Of a stretch of DNA of 64,000 nucleotides, positions 60,159 to 64,000 are shown one piece after another. Each line of letters begins with the position of its first letter. Positions within the stretch are counted from its first letter, which is position 1. Source of the stretch: an uncultured Candidatus Saccharibacteria bacterium (GTDB taxonomy: Bacteria > Patescibacteriota > Minisyncoccia > Phycocordibacterales > UBA9973); assembly GCA_964423445.1 (NCBI GenBank), contig CAYREQ010000001.1:65732-129731 (forward strand), given 5' to 3'. Below the pieces are notes generated by a model. The model saw nothing but the letters and a program-made list of their open reading frames with translations, was not told where the DNA came from and made no database searches. A program made the position numbers and the translations under genes.

Positions 60159-61493
60159 ATGAAAAAAGATAAAAAAATTACTCAACTTAAATCTATAGAT
60201 TTTGAAGTTAAGGGTGGTAAAAAACTACACGGCACTATAAATACAAACTTTTCAAAAAACGGTTCTGTGGGTCTTTTGTGTGCATCACTATTAAATAGTG
60301 GCACGACTACTCTACATGGCATTGCTCGAATTGAAGAAGTGTATAGAGTAATTGAAATTTTAGAGAGTATTGGTGTAAAGATAAAATGGTTAGACCAAAA
60401 TACACTTTCAGTAAAACCACCACACAGATTTGATTTAAAGAATATAAATGTAGAATCAGCTATAAAGACTCGTTCTATTGTGATGCTTATAGGCCCTTTG
60501 ATTCATAAAATCAAAGCTTTTAAAATTCCTCATGCCCAAGGATGTAATTTAGGAAAGAGGACAATTGCTGCTCATATTTATGCTCTTGAAAAACTGGGTG
60601 TAAAAATAAAGACTACAGCAAATAGCTATGAAGTTTCTTTAAAAAAATTAAAACCAAGTGAGATTGTCATGTACGAATCTGGAGATACTGCTTGTGAAAA
60701 TATTCTCTCTGCATGTGCGCTCATAAATGGTAAGACAGTTATTAGCTTTGCTAGCGCAAACTACATGGTGCAAGAAGTTTGCTTTTTCTTGGAAGAACTT
60801 GGAGTAAAGATAGACGGAATAGGTACTTCTACACTCACGGTACACGGAGTAAGTGAAATAAATAAAGATATTCACTATTGGAATAGCGAAGACCCTATAG
60901 AATCTATGATGTTTATTTCTGCCGGAATCATCACGGACTCACAGTTGAAAATAATGCGTTCTCCTATTGATTTTCTAGCACTTGAAATGGAGAAATTGAA
61001 GAGGATGAATTTGAAGTATAAAATTTCAAAAACCTATCTATCTTATAACGGAAGAACAAAATTAGCTGACATCGAAATATTTCCGAGTAAATTAATTGCT
61101 TTAAATGATAAATTACATTCAAATCCCTACCCAGGTATAAACATAGACAATCTCCCATTCTTTGTACCTATAGCGATACGAGCAAAAGGTACTAGCATGA
61201 TACATGATTGGGTCTATGAGAATAGAGCCATATACATGACTGAATTAAACCGCCTAGGAGCGAATATAACCCTAGCAGACCCACACAGGCTCTATATAAC
61301 AGGTGGAACAACATTAAAACCCGCACAAGTAGTATGCCCTCCAGCACTTCGTCCATCTATGGTAATACTCATTTCTATGATGGCAGCAAATGGTACATCA
61401 ATTCTTCGAAATGTATATATGATAAATAGAGGCTATGAAGACATAGTCCGACGCTTAAACTCTATAGGAGCAGAGATAAAAATATTGAAGTAA
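60159..61493 (+). CDS. murA: UDP-N-acetylglucosamine 1-carboxyvinyltransferase
   Basis: SKN, GCNLGKR (catalytic Cys position), DPIE, PYPG, YENR, RGYE. Confidence 0.93.
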   Translation: MKKDKKITQLKSIDFEVKGGKKLHGTINTNFSKNGSVGLLCASLLNSGTTTLHGIARIEEVYRVIEILESIGVKIKWLDQNTLSVKPPHRFDLKNINVESAIKTRSIVMLIGPLIHKIKAFKIPHAQGCNLGKRTIAAHIYALEKLGVKIKTTANSYEVSLKKLKPSEIVMYESGDTACENILSACALINGKTVISFASANYMVQEVCFFLEELGVKIDGIGTSTLTVHGVSEINKDIHYWNSEDPIESMMFISAGIITDSQLKIMRSPIDFLALEMEKLKRMNLKYKISKTYLSYNGRTKLADIEIFPSKLIALNDKLHSNPYPGINIDNLPFFVPIAIRAKGTSMIHDWVYENRAIYMTELNRLGANITLADPHRLYITGGTTLKPAQVVCPPALRPSMVILISMMAANGTSILRNVYMINRGYEDIVRRLNSIGAEIKILK

Positions 61494-61730
61494 TTATTTA
61501 TTATTTCTTTTTTCAAATTCTTTTTTCTCCATTTCAAAATAAGGCTCGTTTATTTTCGCCAATTGCTCTTCTGTAAGTGGTGGTAAATCTTTTGGTGTTT
61601 CTGGTGTTGCTTTTGGATTTAATTTTTCTTCATTTTTTCTTTTCTCCATTTCAAAATAAGGCTTATTGATTTTCGCTAGCTGTTCTTCTGTAAGTGGTTT
61701 TATTTCATTGTTGTTTCCTTCCATACTCAT
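61494..61730 (-). CDS. Small protein with internal duplication
   Basis: PLTEEQLAKIN[KE]PYFEMEK twice. Confidence 0.75.
   Translation of the reverse strand: MSMEGNNNEIKPLTEEQLAKINKPYFEMEKRKNEEKLNPKATPETPKDLPPLTEEQLAKINEPYFEMEKKEFEKRNNK
61524..61698. repeat. Two ~58-bp imperfect direct repeats, 117-bp period
   Basis: 61524-61581 and 61641-61698. Confidence 0.9.
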
Positions 61731-61796
61731 AAATTTATGTTAGACTAATTAAGTTTTAATAGGCAAATTATAACAAGCCGACAAATTTAAGCAAAT

Positions 61797-62660
61797 ATGA
61801 AAATAAAACCAAAAGTTATAGTTATATTAGGTGAGACTGCTACAGGCAAGAGCTCTCTATCAGTAAAATTGGCCAAAAAGATAGGAGGTGAGGTTATTTC
61901 TGCTGACTCAAGGCAAGTATATAAAGATCTAGATATTGGTACTGGTAAAATTACACAAAAAGAGATGAGGGGCGTACCGCATTATTTATTAGACGTAGCT
62001 AATCCTAAAAAGAAATTTACTGTAACTGAATATCAAAAAAAAGCTGTTTACGCTATAGCTGATATATGTAAACGGGGCAAAGTACCGATAATCTGTGGAG
62101 GAACAGGTTTTTATATTGATGCTATTACTAAAGGTGTGGTTTTCCCTGAGGTACCACCAAATTTGAAATTGAGAAAAATTTTAGAGAAAAAAGATAATAT
62201 TGATCTACTTAAGATTTTAAAAAAGATTGACCCTAGACGAGTAAAAAATATTGATATAAAAAATAAAGTGAGATTGGTGAGAGCCATAGAGATAGCTAAA
62301 GCTCTGGGAAAAGTGCCAGAGATTAAAGAGAAAAAGCCACAATATGAATTTATAAAAATCGGACTATCTCTACCTATAGATATACTAGAAAAAAAAGTTA
62401 CCAAAAGAGTAAAACAAATGTTTGAAGATGGCCTTTTAAAAGAAATACAAAAATTAAAGAAAAAAGGAGTAAGTGAAAAGAGGTTGAAAGAATTGGGCTT
62501 TGAATATTACAAGCCGACACAAGAAACAGTGGTGCGTGAGACTATAAAATACGCAAAGAGACAAATGACTTGGTTTAAAAGAGACAAAGAAATAAAATGG
62601 TTCTCTCCTGTTGAGGGTACAAAGATAAATGAGTATATAAAAAATAAACTTGATTTTTAG
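61797..62660 (+). CDS. miaA: tRNA dimethylallyltransferase
   Basis: GETATGKS, SADSRQVY, GGTGFY, YAKRQMTWF. Confidence 0.96.
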   Translation: MKIKPKVIVILGETATGKSSLSVKLAKKIGGEVISADSRQVYKDLDIGTGKITQKEMRGVPHYLLDVANPKKKFTVTEYQKKAVYAIADICKRGKVPIICGGTGFYIDAITKGVVFPEVPPNLKLRKILEKKDNIDLLKILKKIDPRRVKNIDIKNKVRLVRAIEIAKALGKVPEIKEKKPQYEFIKIGLSLPIDILEKKVTKRVKQMFEDGLLKEIQKLKKKGVSEKRLKELGFEYYKPTQETVVRETIKYAKRQMTWFKRDKEIKWFSPVEGTKINEYIKNKLDF

Positions 62661-62732
62661 TGTATAAATGGTATAAACAAGCTTGAATACTCATCATTTT
62701 GGTGAGTAAATTTGTTATTTTGAGGAAAAAAT

Positions 62733-63200
62733 ATGGAAAATTTTAAAGTTTGCGCTCAGCACGGAAGTGCAGGGCTTAGTGCTTTGTTCCCTGATTTTAA
62801 AGGGGTGATTAAAGTAGACCCTTCGGTGTCTGCTTTTCTGCAGTTGAATGAAACCTCGACGTACGAAGTAAAGTCTGACTTCTACGTGAATTTTGAGGTT
62901 TTTCCAAAAGGAGGAAAGTTCTTTGAACTTTTAGCTCCATGGCCGACGCTTCCAAGGCGTGAAAAGTTTCTCGCGATGCTTACCTATCTCGGCACCCCAG
63001 AAGGATTCAAAGCTTTGTCTCTTCAGGAAGAACAAGACGAAGCAAACGTCCTTCTCGGCTACTTCAAAAGTGGCGCCGAGGATATTGTGTTCCATGTGGA
63101 GCACGAGCATGAAGCTGGAAAGGGTCCGGAGATTCATCTCCATGGCTCAAAAGCAAATCGTGAAGAAGATAGCATCGTCACTGTCTTTCATATAAATTAA
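62733..63200 (+). CDS. Orphan hypothetical protein
   Basis: 155 aa; GAGG SD-like site; visibly GC-richer; terminator downstream. Confidence 0.7.
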   Translation: MENFKVCAQHGSAGLSALFPDFKGVIKVDPSVSAFLQLNETSTYEVKSDFYVNFEVFPKGGKFFELLAPWPTLPRREKFLAMLTYLGTPEGFKALSLQEEQDEANVLLGYFKSGAEDIVFHVEHEHEAGKGPEIHLHGSKANREEDSIVTVFHIN

Positions 63201-63241
63201 TTTTTTACCCGCCAGCACCGGTTTTAAAAATAGTATCAAAA

Positions 63242-63276
63242 TACCCCAACACAATTTTACTGTGCTGGGGTAAAAT
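63242..63276. terminator. Hairpin between convergent genes
   Basis: TACCCCAACACA...TGTGCTGGGGTA. Confidence 0.7.
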
Positions 63277-63281
63277 TGTTT

Positions 63282-63878
63282 TTAGTGCTCATTTTTACTC
63301 CTTTTAGATAGGTGATAAATACCCGGCAATAAAGATACTAGAACAATTATGATAACTACATATAAAAGATAATCTTGAATTTGTGGGAAAGATTGACCCA
63401 AGAAATATCCACCAAATACAAATACAGAAGACCATATAATAGAACCCAGAAAACTATATTTTAGAAAATCTAAATAATTCATCCTCACCATTCCAGCTAC
63501 TATTGGTAAAAAAGTACGTACAATAGGAACAAATCTAGAAAGTATCATTGCAGAGAGTCCATGTTTTTCTAAAAATTTATGAGCTTCGTCTGTGTATTTC
63601 TTTTTAAAAATTTTTCTAAATAGTGAATAGTTGTATAAAAAATCTAACTTAGTTCCGATATAATACCCTACTATTCCCCCCAGAAAAGCAGCTACAAAAA
63701 CCAAGAATGCGAGCAGAATGACACTTAAGCCTAGTTGGTGTGCTAGTAGTCCAGCTGTGAAAAGTAGACTATCTCCTGGAAGTGGGAAAAATACTCCAGA
63801 CTCAAGAAATACAATTATGAGTATGCCTATATAGCCATAATTTGTGATGAGATAAGTCAGGTCAAAAAGATTATGCAT
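63282..63878 (-). CDS. DedA family membrane protein
   Basis: FLESG...LPGDSLLF, RFVPIVRT. Confidence 0.95.
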   Translation of the reverse strand: MHNLFDLTYLITNYGYIGILIIVFLESGVFFPLPGDSLLFTAGLLAHQLGLSVILLAFLVFVAAFLGGIVGYYIGTKLDFLYNYSLFRKIFKKKYTDEAHKFLEKHGLSAMILSRFVPIVRTFLPIVAGMVRMNYLDFLKYSFLGSIIWSSVFVFGGYFLGQSFPQIQDYLLYVVIIIVLVSLLPGIYHLSKRSKNEH

Positions 63879-63903
63879 AATATGATTTTAACACATAAAT
63901 ATA

Positions 63904-64000
63904 TTAATTTTTTCCATAAGGAAATTCTTGAGATAATTCTCCTGAATAGTAGAATTGCTCACCGAGCTCTCCAAAACTGTATTCCTCACCATTTATAGTG
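63904..64000 (-). CDS. 3' end of a gene running off the window
   Basis: Open frame ...TINGEEYSFGELGEQFYYSGELSQEFPYGKN-stop. Confidence 0.5.
   Translation of the reverse strand, partial: TINGEEYSFGELGEQFYYSGELSQEFPYGKN

Overview
AT-rich bacterial chromosomal segment read with the standard code (TGA is used as stop). Gene content and style (reduced dcw cluster, short DnaX, CAP/S41/M23 exported proteins, DprA-TopA, mostly SD-less starts) suggest a Patescibacteria/Parcubacteria (CPR) genome; this lineage call is an inference. Contents in order: greA, lysS, mraZ-rsmH-ftsL-ftsI-ftsW-murG, gltX, an M23 peptidase, rpmA/rplI, envelope and surface genes, an apparently complete ~20 kb de novo purine cluster (purB C M E K H, guaA, guaB, purA, purD N F Q L), a nucleotide/stress housekeeping block, tRNA-Gln, dnaX, dus, ftsQ-like, serS, dprA, topA, a RelA/SpoT homolog, parB, tRNA-Leu, murA, miaA and dedA. 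No CRISPR array, integrase, transposase or prophage was seen. Main observations: (1) two paralogous uncharacterised Cys-His proteins resembling the CheD/CNF1/YfiH fold bracket purL; (2) two promoter- and terminator-delimited structured RNA candidates with no credible ORF; (3) a recurrent TGn-TAnnnT-N6-ATG leaderless architecture, contrasting with GC-richer stand-alone orphan genes that carry SD-like sites; (4) tRNA-Leu butted against the murA start codon; (5) a one-base frameshift in the signal peptide of a large surface protein; (6) PurF and DnaX lacking their metal-binding cysteines. All family calls come from motif recognition by eye; no searches were run.
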